A stretch of 64,000 nt of DNA from an uncultured delta proteobacterium (GCA_963712115.1 CAVQGX010000033.1:96001-160000), one strand, 5' to 3'; counted from the first letter of the stretch, positions 9,408 to 18,745 are shown. Numbers and translations: made by a program. Notes: generated from the sequence alone by a model not told the origin.

Positions 9408-9602
9408 TAGCCCGAATATTTCATGAATTATTGTCGCGAGACCGCGAAGATGGGCGTGCCACCTGGCAACCGTCCCGCGGTAGCGCGGGATTGTTTCCGA
9501 GGCGTACCTGAACGGTACTTCGCAGGGGCCAACACCCGAGGACGCCAGGAAGGACGGCCATATCCGTGGTCGCAGCAGGCGATTCATGAAATATCCGGGC
9601 TA
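9408..9602 (+). mobile_element. MITE-like structured element, copy 2
   Basis: TIRs TAGCCCGAATATTTCATGAAT / ATTCATGAAATATCCGGGCTA; its right end forms the TAG stop of porC. Confidence 0.85.
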
Positions 9603-10214
9603 TACTCCAGGCGATGATAATTTCCATACACGGTTTATCCGAGTTGCTTGGTAGGTGAGCCGGGCACCTCGAATATTGATCTGAGCCGCTTTCGGGTTGA
9701 AGTTCTTGCTGATGGCTTTTTCCAGACTCTCCATGTTGACAAGGCTGCTAGCCCTGGAAAAAGCCCCAAGCAGAGAAGTATTGATCATTACTGTCCCCGC
9801 AACCACCAAGCCGACCTCTTCAGCAATTGAGTTGGCATCGGAGGTTGCCACCGCAATGTCCATATCAGTGCAGAACTTTTCGGGGGGATTACTGGAGTTC
9901 AAGATAAGGAGTCCATCCGGTTTCAGACCCCCTAGTACATCCACCGCTTGCATTAACCTTTCATCCAAAACCACCACTACTTCAGCTTTAGCCGTTGGGG
10001 TCAGCGTACGAATGGGTGTTCTCGAAAACCTTGTCGTAGCGGTAATTGGCGCCCCCCTTCGCTCAACACCAAAAAAAGGTGCTGCAGTAACCCCTTTATA
10101 CCCATCAATGTACGCCGCCTCAGCAAGTATCATTGCTGCGGTTACGGCTCCCTGACCGCCTCGGCCGTGCCAGGTGACATTGATGATCGCCTGATCTCTA
10201 ACGTTTAGGTCCAT
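9600..10214 (-). CDS. porC: 2-oxoacid:ferredoxin oxidoreductase gamma subunit
   Basis: HGRGGQGAVTA, PFFGVERRGAP, NTSLLGA. Confidence 0.9.
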   Translation of the reverse strand: MDLNVRDQAIINVTWHGRGGQGAVTAAMILAEAAYIDGYKGVTAAPFFGVERRGAPITATTRFSRTPIRTLTPTAKAEVVVVLDERLMQAVDVLGGLKPDGLLILNSSNPPEKFCTDMDIAVATSDANSIAEEVGLVVAGTVMINTSLLGAFSRASSLVNMESLEKAISKNFNPKAAQINIRGARLTYQATRINRVWKLSSPGV

Positions 10215-10338
10215 AGTCGGGCTTTTTTCCTTGGAAGCGTTTTGGCTTGGGGTTTCTCCTTGCCGGCGACTAATTTCTGGGATAGTCTTTCCCGGTATAA
10301 GAATAACCTAGTCGTTTTTGTGCTAGAGAGCATTGAAC

Positions 10339-10743
10339 ATGCCGAAAAACCTGATAGAGACAATTACTCTGCCGAACGGTTTGATTTTGGAACTCTGGGA
10401 CAAGTCTAGACCAATGGCTGGCGACAGGTGGCTCATCTCCCTTCTGGCCAAAGTGGAAGTCCCTGTCTTATCAGAATACTTCTCCACCCTGGACAACGGC
10501 GAACAAGCTTACCGGGATCTACTCGCTGCTTACGGTGACCCCCTGGTTTTCATCCAGGAAAAAAATAGACATTTCGTGGATGAAAAGGACACCAAAGACG
10601 TGCTCGCAGGACTCTGTCAGCGGTTTAAGGATAATCTGCTTTCCTACCTTGGCAACCCCAGATTTGCTTTGCTCTATGTAATGAAAAAATATGGCGACCT
10701 ACAAGATCGCCAATATTCTAGTGCCGAAGACCCCCAGAAATGA
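10339..10743 (+). CDS. Hypothetical protein
   Basis: Globular-looking 134-aa ORF divergent from porC; no family recognised with certainty. Confidence 0.7.
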   Translation: MPKNLIETITLPNGLILELWDKSRPMAGDRWLISLLAKVEVPVLSEYFSTLDNGEQAYRDLLAAYGDPLVFIQEKNRHFVDEKDTKDVLAGLCQRFKDNLLSYLGNPRFALLYVMKKYGDLQDRQYSSAEDPQK

Positions 10744-10822
10744 TGCACTCCTGCCCTAGAGGCAGAAGCGGAATTTTACTGACTGTTTCTAAGTTAACAT
10801 TCCTCGGCCAAGGATTGTAATT

Positions 10823-11014
10823 TTAGGCTGCCGGTCGATAACGTCTCTGTCTTCTCTGAATTCTTTTGATTGCTTTCTTGCGTTTGATTCTTCTCCGTTC
10901 GCTTTTGCTCAGGTAGTAAGTGTGTCGCCGGAGTGCTGGTTGTACATTTTTCTGAAAATCTTTTCGGAGTTTTTTTATTTTCCTTTCCAGAGAATCTTTT
11001 TCAGAGCTGACCAT
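10823..11014 (-). CDS. rpsU: Divergent ribosomal protein bS21
   Basis: 63 aa, very basic; SLERKIKKLRK...LRRHTYYLSKSERRRIKRKKAIKR follows the bS21 pattern; GAGGTG RBS. Confidence 0.7.
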   Translation of the reverse strand: MVSSEKDSLERKIKKLRKDFQKNVQPALRRHTYYLSKSERRRIKRKKAIKRIQRRQRRYRPAA

Positions 11015-11247
11015 CCACTGTTCACCTCTCTTTCAATAAGAAAAAGCCCTTTTAGAGGGCCAGCCGCAACTTATTTGAGAAATGAAACGTTTTCTAACCT
11101 CTTCATAATCCAGAAGGTCATCACCCAAAGAAAGTATACTGCTGTAGCCCTATAGAATTTTTTTTTCTAACATATCTTGAAAAGACTTGCAACCCCACAG
11201 ATTGATCTCGCAGAGCGCATAGAACAAAGCTTATGCGGCGAGACGGG

Positions 11248-11271
11248 CCCTTCGGCAGGCTCAGGGTAAAC
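11248..11271. repeat. Short REP-like hairpin
   Basis: CCCTTCGGCAGGCTCAGGGTAAAC, immediately downstream of the crotonase gene. Confidence 0.4.
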
Positions 11272-11317
11272 TCCCGTGAGGTCGAGCGAGACGAGGGACA
11301 GAGATTAATCAGATGCT

Positions 11318-12109
11318 CTATTCCTTCAGTGAACCTTTAAAGTCCGGCTTCCTTTTTTGTAAGAAAGCCCCAAAGCCTTCACTCGCATCCTCACTGGCAA
11401 AACAGAGGGCAAAAGCTTCCATCTCTAAAGCGCATGCGTTTCTTAAATCCAGGCTCATTCCCTGGTCAATAACGTGCTTGACCGCCCGAGTCGCCACTCT
11501 CCCTTTACTGGCGATAAGGGATGCCACCTTCCTGGTCTCCTCCATGAGCTTGTCAGGCGGAAACACCTTGTTCACCAACCCTATTTCCTTAGCCTCCTGA
11601 GCACTGATCATCACACCGGTCAAACAGAGTTCTTTGGCCAGGGCCCGCCCCACCAAACGAAGCAAGCGCTGAGTTCCACCAAAGCCGGGAATAATGCCTA
11701 GGTTGATTTCGGGCTGCCCAAGCTTTGCCGTTTCCGAGGCATAGATAAAATCGCATGCCAGGGCGATCTCGCACCCACCGCCAAGTGCAAACCCGTTTAC
11801 GCACGCGATTACAGGAATACTCAAATTCTCCAGGGCAAAGAGAACTTCCTGCCCCTTGACCGCGAAGTGCTTGGCAGAGACAGGATTCAGTTTCTGTAAT
11901 TCCTTTATATCAGCACCCGCAACGAAGGCCCGATCCCCCGCGCCCGTCAAGATAAGGGCCCTGACATCCTCATTGTCTTCAATCGTCCTTACGGCCTCAC
12001 CTACTTCGGTAAGGGTACCCATTTTCAATGCATTCAGCACCTCAGGCCGGTTAAAGGTTAAAGTGGCAATTCCCTCTTCTACTTCAAACAGGATATCCTC
12101 ATACGCCAT
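11318..12109 (-). CDS. crt: Enoyl-CoA hydratase (crotonase)
   Basis: AFVAGADI, GFALGGGCE, GQPEINLGIIPGFGGTQRL (both catalytic Glu present). Confidence 0.9.
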   Translation of the reverse strand: MAYEDILFEVEEGIATLTFNRPEVLNALKMGTLTEVGEAVRTIEDNEDVRALILTGAGDRAFVAGADIKELQKLNPVSAKHFAVKGQEVLFALENLSIPVIACVNGFALGGGCEIALACDFIYASETAKLGQPEINLGIIPGFGGTQRLLRLVGRALAKELCLTGVMISAQEAKEIGLVNKVFPPDKLMEETRKVASLIASKGRVATRAVKHVIDQGMSLDLRNACALEMEAFALCFASEDASEGFGAFLQKRKPDFKGSLKE

Positions 12110-12305
12110 ATTGCACCTCTCCTTTGCTAATCAAACAGACCATTACACATGCGTTATCGGCTGAGTCCATAAAAATTGAAATCCTTCTCCATGTCAAGAA
12201 AAAGCCTCCACAAATAAAAAACCACCACTTTTTCTCTTTCCACCGCCTCAACCCAGGATAATCAAGCTAACAATATGGATTCTGCACCACAATAATTTTT
12301 AGAAA

Positions 12306-12373
12306 TTACCCAAAACCGGTTTGACCACAAATGAGTAATTTTACCCAAAAGTGGTCAGACCAGAAATGGGTAA
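12306..12373. promoter_or_regulatory. Two tandem TTACCCAAAA-N13-AAATG(A/G)GTAA units (35-bp period); probable protein-binding site
   Basis: Units at 12306-12338 and 12341-12373; third unit at 14208-14240. Confidence 0.55.
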
Positions 12374-12589
12374 AAATTGTTTTAAGGTAATGTTTTGTGC
12401 CGAACAAAATCACAGCCAAAGTTTAGATTAAGGGATGATATCTGAAATCTCTGACTGACCGAGGTTAGTCTAGATTTCTCGTCATTAAACGTAACCACCT
12501 TAGGGCATATTTGAACCGATCCAATTTAATAGTTCCTTGGTGTTGTAAGATTGGCGTTTCAAGTTTCCACAATTGTTCTATACCGCCCG

Positions 12590-13684
12590 TTAACATTGAC
12601 CTATGCATTCACTGGGCTCTGGCTCCGAGTTTATATGGCGACTGAGCTGCTTGTGGGCCGATAGGAATAGTTTTTCTGTCTCTGCCCAGGCGATGCAGGC
12701 ATCGGTAATGGAGACACCGTATTTCATGTTAGACAAGTCGCCGGTATTTCTCTGCTTGCCGTCATTCAGGTTGCTTTCCAGCATCAGGCCGATCAAAGAG
12801 TCATTTCCTGCGATGCGCTGATTGATCACATCTTGCCAGGCAATCGCCTGATTTCGATGATCTTTTCTTGAATTAGCATGAGAGCAGTCGACCATAATCG
12901 CTTCGGTCAACTTCCTTTCTCGTAAAAGCGTCAGCGCTTCTCCGATGCTGACCGAATCATAATTGGGCCGGCTGCCGCCACGCATCACCACATGAGTCCA
13001 GGGATTGCCGCTTGTTTTAACGATACTGGTCAGGCCATTATGATCGATGCCCAAGAAACTTTGCGGCGACCCGGCGGCTATCACGGCGTTTACGGCCATG
13101 GTTAAATCGCCGTCGGTGCTGTTCTTGAATCCAACCGGCATGGAAAGGCCGCTGGCCATTTCACGGTGTGTCTGCGATTCGGTCGTTCGAGCTCCGATGG
13201 CGGCCCAGCAGATTAGATCCGCGATGTACTGAGGCGTGATCGGATCGAGCATTTCCGTAGCCGCTGGCAGACCCATCTCAGTGATTTGCAAAAGCAGTTT
13301 GCGAGCAATCCTAAGGCCCGCTTCCATATCGCAGGAGCCGTCCAGTCCCGGATCGTTAATAAGTCCCTTCCAGCCCACAGTGGTGCGGGGCTTTTCGAAA
13401 TATACCCGCATTACCACATAAAGCGTCTCGGCGACCTGTCGCCGCAAATGGTTTAACTTCTCAGCATACTCCATGGCCGCCTTCACTTCATGAATAGAGC
13501 AGGGTCCGACAATAACCAGAATGCGTTTGTCCTTCTTGCTCAAGATGTTCTCGATGGTTTCTCGACCTGTAAGAATCGTTTCAGTGGCCTTGCGAGTCAT
13601 CGGCAACTCTTCTTTAAGGGCTGCCGGAGAGGCTAGCTGGATGAATTCTTCAACGTGAATATCATACGTTTTCTTCAATGCCAT
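12590..13684 (-). CDS. aroF: DAHP synthase, class I-alpha (AroF/G/H type)
   Basis: GPCSIH, MRVYFEKPRTTVGWKGLINDP, IGARTTESQTHREMASG, VDCSHANS, YGVSITDAC; AAGGAGG RBS before ATG 13684. The isoenzyme name is tentative. Confidence 0.9.
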   Translation of the reverse strand: MALKKTYDIHVEEFIQLASPAALKEELPMTRKATETILTGRETIENILSKKDKRILVIVGPCSIHEVKAAMEYAEKLNHLRRQVAETLYVVMRVYFEKPRTTVGWKGLINDPGLDGSCDMEAGLRIARKLLLQITEMGLPAATEMLDPITPQYIADLICWAAIGARTTESQTHREMASGLSMPVGFKNSTDGDLTMAVNAVIAAGSPQSFLGIDHNGLTSIVKTSGNPWTHVVMRGGSRPNYDSVSIGEALTLLRERKLTEAIMVDCSHANSRKDHRNQAIAWQDVINQRIAGNDSLIGLMLESNLNDGKQRNTGDLSNMKYGVSITDACIAWAETEKLFLSAHKQLSRHINSEPEPSECIGQC

Positions 13685-13707
13685 ATCTCTGCCTCCTTTA
13701 ACAAAAC

Positions 13708-13784
13708 AAAAAGACCGAAGGGATTTCATCCCGCGGCCTTTTTGCAAAGAGAAAAGCCGCGGGCTTTTGTCTGCCTGCGGCTTT
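13708..13784 (-). terminator. Attenuator terminator hairpin(s) in the DAHP synthase leader
   Basis: Minus strand AAAGCCGCAGGC-AGACAAAA-GCCCGCGGCTTTTCTCTTT (13784-13747), then a second hairpin AAAAAGGCCG...CGGTCTTTTT (13743-13708). Confidence 0.8.
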
Positions 13785-13807
13785 GTGTTTGCTACAAATG
13801 TTATAAC

Positions 13808-13891
13808 TCAGCGCACCTCAAGCAGACTTATGGCACAGTAATAGAAATAATACTTACACTGAAAAAGTATGCCCGTAGATGCTTTACCCAC
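13808..13891 (-). CDS. Tyr/Phe-rich attenuation leader peptide MGKASTGILFQCKYYFYYCAISLLEVR (27 aa)
   Basis: GTG start after GAGGGA; consecutive TAT TAT TTC TAT TAC codons; lies between a sigma70 promoter and the terminator upstream of DAHP synthase. Not in the ORF track. Confidence 0.85.
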   Translation of the reverse strand: MGKASTGILFQCKYYFYYCAISLLEVR

Positions 13892-13924
13892 CGATATTTC
13901 CCTCACTGAATTTTTCCTAATATA

Positions 13925-13953
13925 AAGCTAGCGGACCCCTTTAATCATGTCAA
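13925..13953 (-). promoter_or_regulatory. Sigma70-type promoter of the leader-aroF transcript
   Basis: TTGACA-N17-TAGCTT on the minus strand. Confidence 0.7.
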
Positions 13954-14207
13954 GGGATTTCTCTTACCCTCTCGGTGGAACTCAACATACTTTAAACCAC
14001 ACTTTTCCTCTTAAGATCCAGCTACCATATCTGGTATTGAATGATTAGAGGTATTAGCCACGCCTGCCGACAGTGAGGCTATTCACTTACCCAAGAACAC
14101 TGGCAGAGCATCGGCTGCGCTTTTCTCTTGCCAACTCTTTATTCGAATTAGAGTCCCTCAGCAATTTTCAACCTAAGCCAATCAATTCTAGCCCGGCTGG
14201 GGAATTT

Positions 14208-14240
14208 TTACCCAAAAAATACCGGGTATAAAATGGGTAA
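14208..14240. promoter_or_regulatory. Third TTACCCAAAA-N13-AAATGGGTAA unit
   Basis: Same arms and 13-nt spacer as the units at 12306-12373. Confidence 0.5.
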
Positions 14241-14467
14241 AAAGGATGTAGCACTGGTGTGGGCTTTTCAGCTGATTGACTGGCCCTTGCCCCTGTGCTA
14301 GTAAATGAGGCCACGTCATGATGCTATTGCACAAATTAACTTCCAATAGTTCGAAACTGTTTGCTATCTCCCGCTAGCTTTTGTATCAATGGACTACAAC
14401 CACCCAAAGCTTAACTGGCGGCTTGCAACCACTCCCTAGCTTGTTGACCAGATAGAGGACTCTAAAA

Positions 14468-15499
14468 ATGATTGATCTTCGCAGCGATACGGTGACAAAA
14501 CCTACTGAGGCAATGAGGAAGGCCATGGCCACGGCCGAGGTGGGAGACGACGTTCTGGGTGAGGATCCTACGGTAAACCAACTGCAGGACAGAATAGCCT
14601 CAATCTTGGGCAAGGAGGCTGGTCTTTTTGTGCCCTCCGGCACCATGGCAAACCAGGTGGCTATTAAAACCCACATTCAACCTGGGGATGAGATCATAAT
14701 CGATCAGAATGCTCATATCTTCTATTATGAGTGTGGCGCAGCGGCAGTTATCTCCGGTGGCCAATTTCACTGTTTGAGAGGAGAAAAGGGTATTCTCTCA
14801 GCTGAAATTATAGACGCTGCCATTCGTCCGGAGGACATCCACCAGCCACCCACCCGCCTCATCTGCCTGGAGAACAGCCACAATCGCGGTGGGGGAAGTA
14901 TCTATACTTTAGAGAACCTGGCCGGTATTGCCCAGCTTGCCGCCAAGCACAACATCAGAGTCCACTTAGATGGTGCCCGACTGTTCAACTCCGCTCTAGC
15001 AGCCAAGACCACAGTAAAAGAACTCGCCCGCCAGACGGATTCTGTCTGTGTCGCTTTTTCCAAAGGTTTGGGGGCACCAGCCGGCTCGGTTATTTGCGGT
15101 TCGGCGGAATTCATCGAAAAAGCCATCCGCTTCCGAAAAATGCTTGGAGGTGGGATGCGGCAGGTTGGTATCCTGGCAGCCGCTTGTCTTTATGCCCTAG
15201 ATAACAATGTGGAACGTCTGGAGGTGGATCACCAAAACGCCAAGAAACTGGCCCATGGACTCTCCGAGATTGATGGAATTAAAATTGATCCTGCACAAGT
15301 GGTGACCAACATCGTCCTCTTCGATGTGGGTTCCACTCCTATGGATGCAGATACTTTCGCAGAAAGGTTGGCCCCCGCGGGCGTTCTTCTTATTCCATTC
15401 GGTCCCACAACCCTTCGGGCCGTAACTCATCTGGACGTCACCACTGCAGAGATTGACGAAGCCTTGGAGATCATTCACAAATTCCTGAAAAAGGTTTAG
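14468..15499 (+). CDS. ltaE: Low-specificity L-threonine aldolase
   Basis: [35 protein letters not shown] (PLP Lys), GGGMRQVG. Confidence 0.93.
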   Translation: MIDLRSDTVTKPTEAMRKAMATAEVGDDVLGEDPTVNQLQDRIASILGKEAGLFVPSGTMANQVAIKTHIQPGDEIIIDQNAHIFYYECGAAAVISGGQFHCLRGEKGILSAEIIDAAIRPEDIHQPPTRLICLENSHNRGGGSIYTLENLAGIAQLAAKHNIRVHLDGARLFNSALAAKTTVKELARQTDSVCVAFSKGLGAPAGSVICGSAEFIEKAIRFRKMLGGGMRQVGILAAACLYALDNNVERLEVDHQNAKKLAHGLSEIDGIKIDPAQVVTNIVLFDVGSTPMDADTFAERLAPAGVLLIPFGPTTLRAVTHLDVTTAEIDEALEIIHKFLKKV

Positions 15500-15548
15500 C
15501 CGGTTTGGCCAGATAAGTGGCAAACTGGTCAAACAGGCCAAACTAGCG
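15499..15548. repeat. 9-mer array CAAACTGGT/CAAACAGGC/CAAACTAGC with a short inverted arm
   Basis: Begins at the ltaE stop; GCCGGTTTG is complementary to CAAACTGGT-type units. Confidence 0.45.
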
Positions 15549-15557
15549 GAGTCCTCA

Positions 15558-16343
15558 ATGCAGCGAATAGTGACTTTGCTGACTGACTTTGGAACCCGAG
15601 ATCACTATGTGGCTGCGGTCAAGGGGGTACTGTTGAATATCAACCCCGGCCTCTATTTGGTTGACATCACCCACGAAATAAGACCTCAAAACATTAGAGA
15701 AGGAGCCTTTGTACTCGGTTCAACCTTCAAGTATTTTCCAGAGGGCACAATACATCTGGCAGTAGTCGACCCCGGGGTGGGGGGCAAACGTCAAGGCTTG
15801 GCCGCTGCTAGTGAACGACACCTCTTTGTCGGCCCAGACAACGGTCTCTTCGACTGGGCTTTTTCTCTTGAGCCACCCCGTCAGGTAGTGGCCTTGGAAG
15901 ACCCTGCTTATCGGTTGCCTCAGCCAAGTTCCGTATTTCACGGCCGTGACATCTTCGCCCCAGCAGCCGGACATCTATCCACTGGGTTAACCTTGGAAAA
16001 ACTGGGACCACCACTCGACTACCGAATGCGTCTGCCAGGTCGACTAGTCTTCCAAGAACAGAAGGAACTCCAAGGCGAAATCATCTACATAGATCATTTT
16101 GGCAACCTTATTTCTAATATTGAAATCCCCCCTTCGGCGGGCGGGAGACAACTGCAAGGTCTGCAAGTTTACCTTGGCACCGTAGAACTGTCAGTCGGCC
16201 CCAGCACATATGAGGAAGGGCCACCGTTGCAACCTTTTGCCCTAATAGGAAGCAGCAGCCTGTTAGAGGTCTCGGTGCCCAACGGCAGCGCCCATGAAGT
16301 AACCGGTTGCTCCGTAGGTACTTCGGTCCTGGTTCGGAGGTAA
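15558..16343 (+). CDS. DUF62 SAM hydroxide adenosyltransferase (chlorinase/fluorinase superfamily)
   Basis: LLTDFG, VVDPGVG..R, GPDNG, FHGRDIFAP, IDHFGN. Confidence 0.9.
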   Translation: MQRIVTLLTDFGTRDHYVAAVKGVLLNINPGLYLVDITHEIRPQNIREGAFVLGSTFKYFPEGTIHLAVVDPGVGGKRQGLAAASERHLFVGPDNGLFDWAFSLEPPRQVVALEDPAYRLPQPSSVFHGRDIFAPAAGHLSTGLTLEKLGPPLDYRMRLPGRLVFQEQKELQGEIIYIDHFGNLISNIEIPPSAGGRQLQGLQVYLGTVELSVGPSTYEEGPPLQPFALIGSSSLLEVSVPNGSAHEVTGCSVGTSVLVRR

Positions 16344-16347
16344 GCGC

Positions 16348-17052
16348 ATGGAGAAAAATCGGCTTATTGAGGAACTGAAGCAGGCGGATTTGTTTTCGAG
16401 ACTTGAAACCGATGAACTGGACGACCTTGTGGCAATAGCACGGGCCCGGCGGTTAGACAGCGGCAACATACTTTTCTCTGCCGGTGATCGAGCAAAGGGG
16501 TTCTATGTCCTCTTCGAGGGAAAGATAAAACTTTACAAGATTTCTCCCGATGGGAAGGAATACATCCTGCGCGTAGTAGGCGGCGGCCAAACATTTGCGG
16601 AGGCTGCCGCTTTTTCTGGTCTCGCCTACCCGGTGTTCGCGGAAAGCATGAGTCGATGTCGACTGGTGTACTTTGACGCCGGTGATTTCCGCAACCTCAT
16701 CCAGAAAAGTCCTCAACTGGCCCTCAATATGATAGCCACCATGGCTTTACTTCTACAATCCCTCAACCAGAAGATCGAAGATCTTTCCCTGCGCGAGGTG
16801 GCTGCCCGACTTTGTCGCCATTTGTTAGTACGGGCCAGGCGGCAGCAGGGTGAAGCGAAAGACGGGACGACTTTCCAACTTGAAACCAGCAAGAGTGCCC
16901 TGGCGGCAAGCCTTGGGACCATAAGCGAGACTCTCTCCCGCACCTTTAAAAAGCTCCAACAGCGCGGAATTGTGCAAGTGGATGGCGGCGCTGTAACCCT
17001 GCTCGACTGCAACCAGCTAGAGCAAATTGCCGACGGAGACATTAAGCTTTAG
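16348..17052 (+). CDS. Crp/Fnr-family transcriptional regulator
   Basis: cNMP-like domain (KISPDGKE..L) and HTH LAASLGTISETLSR. Confidence 0.9.
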   Translation: MEKNRLIEELKQADLFSRLETDELDDLVAIARARRLDSGNILFSAGDRAKGFYVLFEGKIKLYKISPDGKEYILRVVGGGQTFAEAAAFSGLAYPVFAESMSRCRLVYFDAGDFRNLIQKSPQLALNMIATMALLLQSLNQKIEDLSLREVAARLCRHLLVRARRQQGEAKDGTTFQLETSKSALAASLGTISETLSRTFKKLQQRGIVQVDGGAVTLLDCNQLEQIADGDIKL

Positions 17053-17166
17053 TGGGTGGTCCTTTACAACCATATTGATCGTGCTTAACTTTCAGTCTGC
17101 AAAAAAACAAGTTTCCAAGGTTCTAGTTATAAGCATTTGCCGGAAGCTTGCAAGTTGGAGGACACA

Positions 17167-17427
17167 ATGGCCGCAATCATGGAAAGATACAATATAGCGA
17201 TAGATGTAGTGCTACTGAATCCGATGCAATCAACTCCCTTTGCCCATGGTTTTCACCTGGCTAGCCAAACTCCGAGTCACTCGGAGTCTCAATCGCCGGA
17301 TCTCACCAGCACCTGGGAGAAGCATGAAAATACAAAGGCCGTTGATACTGATGAGGACCTTGAGCTTCATCAGTTAATGGAAGATGTTAAGCGCTATATT
17401 CGCAGTATTGATATAAGTAATTTGTAA
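17167..17427 (+). CDS. Hypothetical protein
   Basis: GGAGG RBS before ATG 17167; 86 aa; no family recognised. Confidence 0.55.
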   Translation: MAAIMERYNIAIDVVLLNPMQSTPFAHGFHLASQTPSHSESQSPDLTSTWEKHENTKAVDTDEDLELHQLMEDVKRYIRSIDISNL

Positions 17428-17482
17428 TTGAGAAAACCTCTCCAAGCCGGCGGGCAGCCTTTTCTGAGCCCTCCTCAGCTAG

Positions 17483-18373
17483 TTAACGGAGGGTATTTTT
17501 TTTGGCGTGAACAAAGTTTCCTTTTTTCTGTGTCAATGCATCTTGCAGTTGTCGGAGGACAAGTGGGCCATCTGTTGTGATCGGTCCAGTGCTCATCCCG
17601 CTCTGCTTAAGGAAAAAGCTGAGCTCGGCCATAATCGGCAGGGAAGCTGCCTCTCGCACATTGGGGTCAGTGGATTGGCAGAGTTCATCCGGCGAACCCG
17701 AAAAGATCACCTGTCCTCTCTCCATTACAGCCACTTTCTCCACCCAACCCAAAAATAACTCGAGCTCGTGAGCAATTATAAGCATAGTCCGATTGTGGTT
17801 GGCCCAGTCTTGTAAGAGCGAGATCAAGCGTTTTCGTTCTTTGGCGTTTAATCCCGCCAAGGGCTCATCGAGAATCAAAACTCGCGGTTCCAGGACCAGT
17901 AGGCTTGCCAAGGCGGCCTTTCGTTGTTGACCCGAGCTCAGAGATTTTGGCGAACGTTTGGCTAGTTCCTCAAGGGGAAAGGCAAGATCCTCGGCAATAC
18001 TGCTCAGGCGGTTGGCAATTTCCCCTCTGTCCATGCCCAAGCCCACTCGAAGTCCCCAGGTGAGCTCGTCCCAAACAGTGTTGGCAAAGAACTGACGTTC
18101 AGGGTATTGACATGCCAGTATGACCCGCTCCGTGGCAGGCGAGGGTCCACCGTTAGTAGCGTGGAGATCCACCCCATTTAATCTTATGGTTCCCTTTGTG
18201 GGCTTCACTAACCCGGCCAATATTCGTGCTAGAGTTGTCTTGCCGCTGCCGCTCGGCCCCGTCAGCAGAACAACCTCCCCTGGGGCCAACTTCAATTCGA
18301 CCCCGCTGAGCACCTGGCGACTGAAAGGGGTGTGAGCATAGAAATTGTGGCTTATATTTACTGCTTCCAGCAT
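17483..18373 (-). CDS. ecfA2: ECF transporter ATPase (EcfA2-like)
   Basis: GPSGSGKTT, QYPERQFF, LSSGQQRK, LILDEP. Confidence 0.8.
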   Translation of the reverse strand: MLEAVNISHNFYAHTPFSRQVLSGVELKLAPGEVVLLTGPSGSGKTTLARILAGLVKPTKGTIRLNGVDLHATNGGPSPATERVILACQYPERQFFANTVWDELTWGLRVGLGMDRGEIANRLSSIAEDLAFPLEELAKRSPKSLSSGQQRKAALASLLVLEPRVLILDEPLAGLNAKERKRLISLLQDWANHNRTMLIIAHELELFLGWVEKVAVMERGQVIFSGSPDELCQSTDPNVREAASLPIMAELSFFLKQSGMSTGPITTDGPLVLRQLQDALTQKKGNFVHAKKNTLR

Positions 18374-18376
18374 AAA

Positions 18377-18634
18377 TCAGTCCGTTACCTTGTAAACGAG
18401 ATCGTTCTCCCTAACTCGCTCTTTAACCTGGACACCAATCAGTTGACCCTTTACTGCCTTATCAATCGTTTGTTTCTCCTCCTGGATGCTTTTCACTTCT
18501 TGCTTGAAATCGGTTGTGTATCCCTTGAACCAGATCAGATCACCAACCTGCAACTCCCCTTCTGTGACCTCAATAGCCGCTACACTCGGTTTGGCAAAGT
18601 AATTCTTGACCACTCCCACCTTGATGTCAGCCAT
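18377..18634 (-). CDS. Small beta-barrel protein (translation elongation factor-like / U32 peptidase C-terminal-like)
   Basis: VGVVKNYFAKPSVAAI...GDLIWFKGYTTDF.Q.V.SIQ...VRENDLVYK; GGAGGTG RBS. Confidence 0.75.
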   Translation of the reverse strand: MADIKVGVVKNYFAKPSVAAIEVTEGELQVGDLIWFKGYTTDFKQEVKSIQEEKQTIDKAVKGQLIGVQVKERVRENDLVYKVTD

Positions 18635-18653
18635 TAGCCTCACCTCCTTGCAC

Positions 18654-18745
18654 ATTTTAGATTGCAGATTGAAGATTGAAGATTACAAAATCTCAATGCT
18701 GCGACTGAGGTCAATCTAAAATCTCCAATCTTAAATCTTAAATCT
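18654..18745. repeat. Inverted heptamer array (ATTGNAG)n...(AATCTNA)n
   Basis: ATTTTAG ATTGCAG ATTGAAG ATTGAAG ... AATCTAA AATCTCC AATCTTA AATCTTA; abuts the ecfA1 stop; related array at 63913-64000. Confidence 0.8.

Noticed and set aside
12374-14467. Sigma54 (-24/-12) promoters near the TTACCCA sites
   Set aside because: No candidate has both a TGGCAC-like and a TTGC element at the correct spacing; only weak GG-N10-GC matches were found.
15558-16343. Fluorinase/chlorinase
   Set aside because: It retains the DPGVG..R and FHGRD Asp-Arg-His signature of DUF62 hydrolases, and there is no secondary-metabolite context.
3258-17091. FNR/Crp boxes at TTGATCATGCTAAG (~3259) and TTGATCGTGCTTAA (~17076)
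   Set aside because: Only one half-site matches TTGAT-N4-ATCAA, so these are likely chance matches or part of a -10 element.
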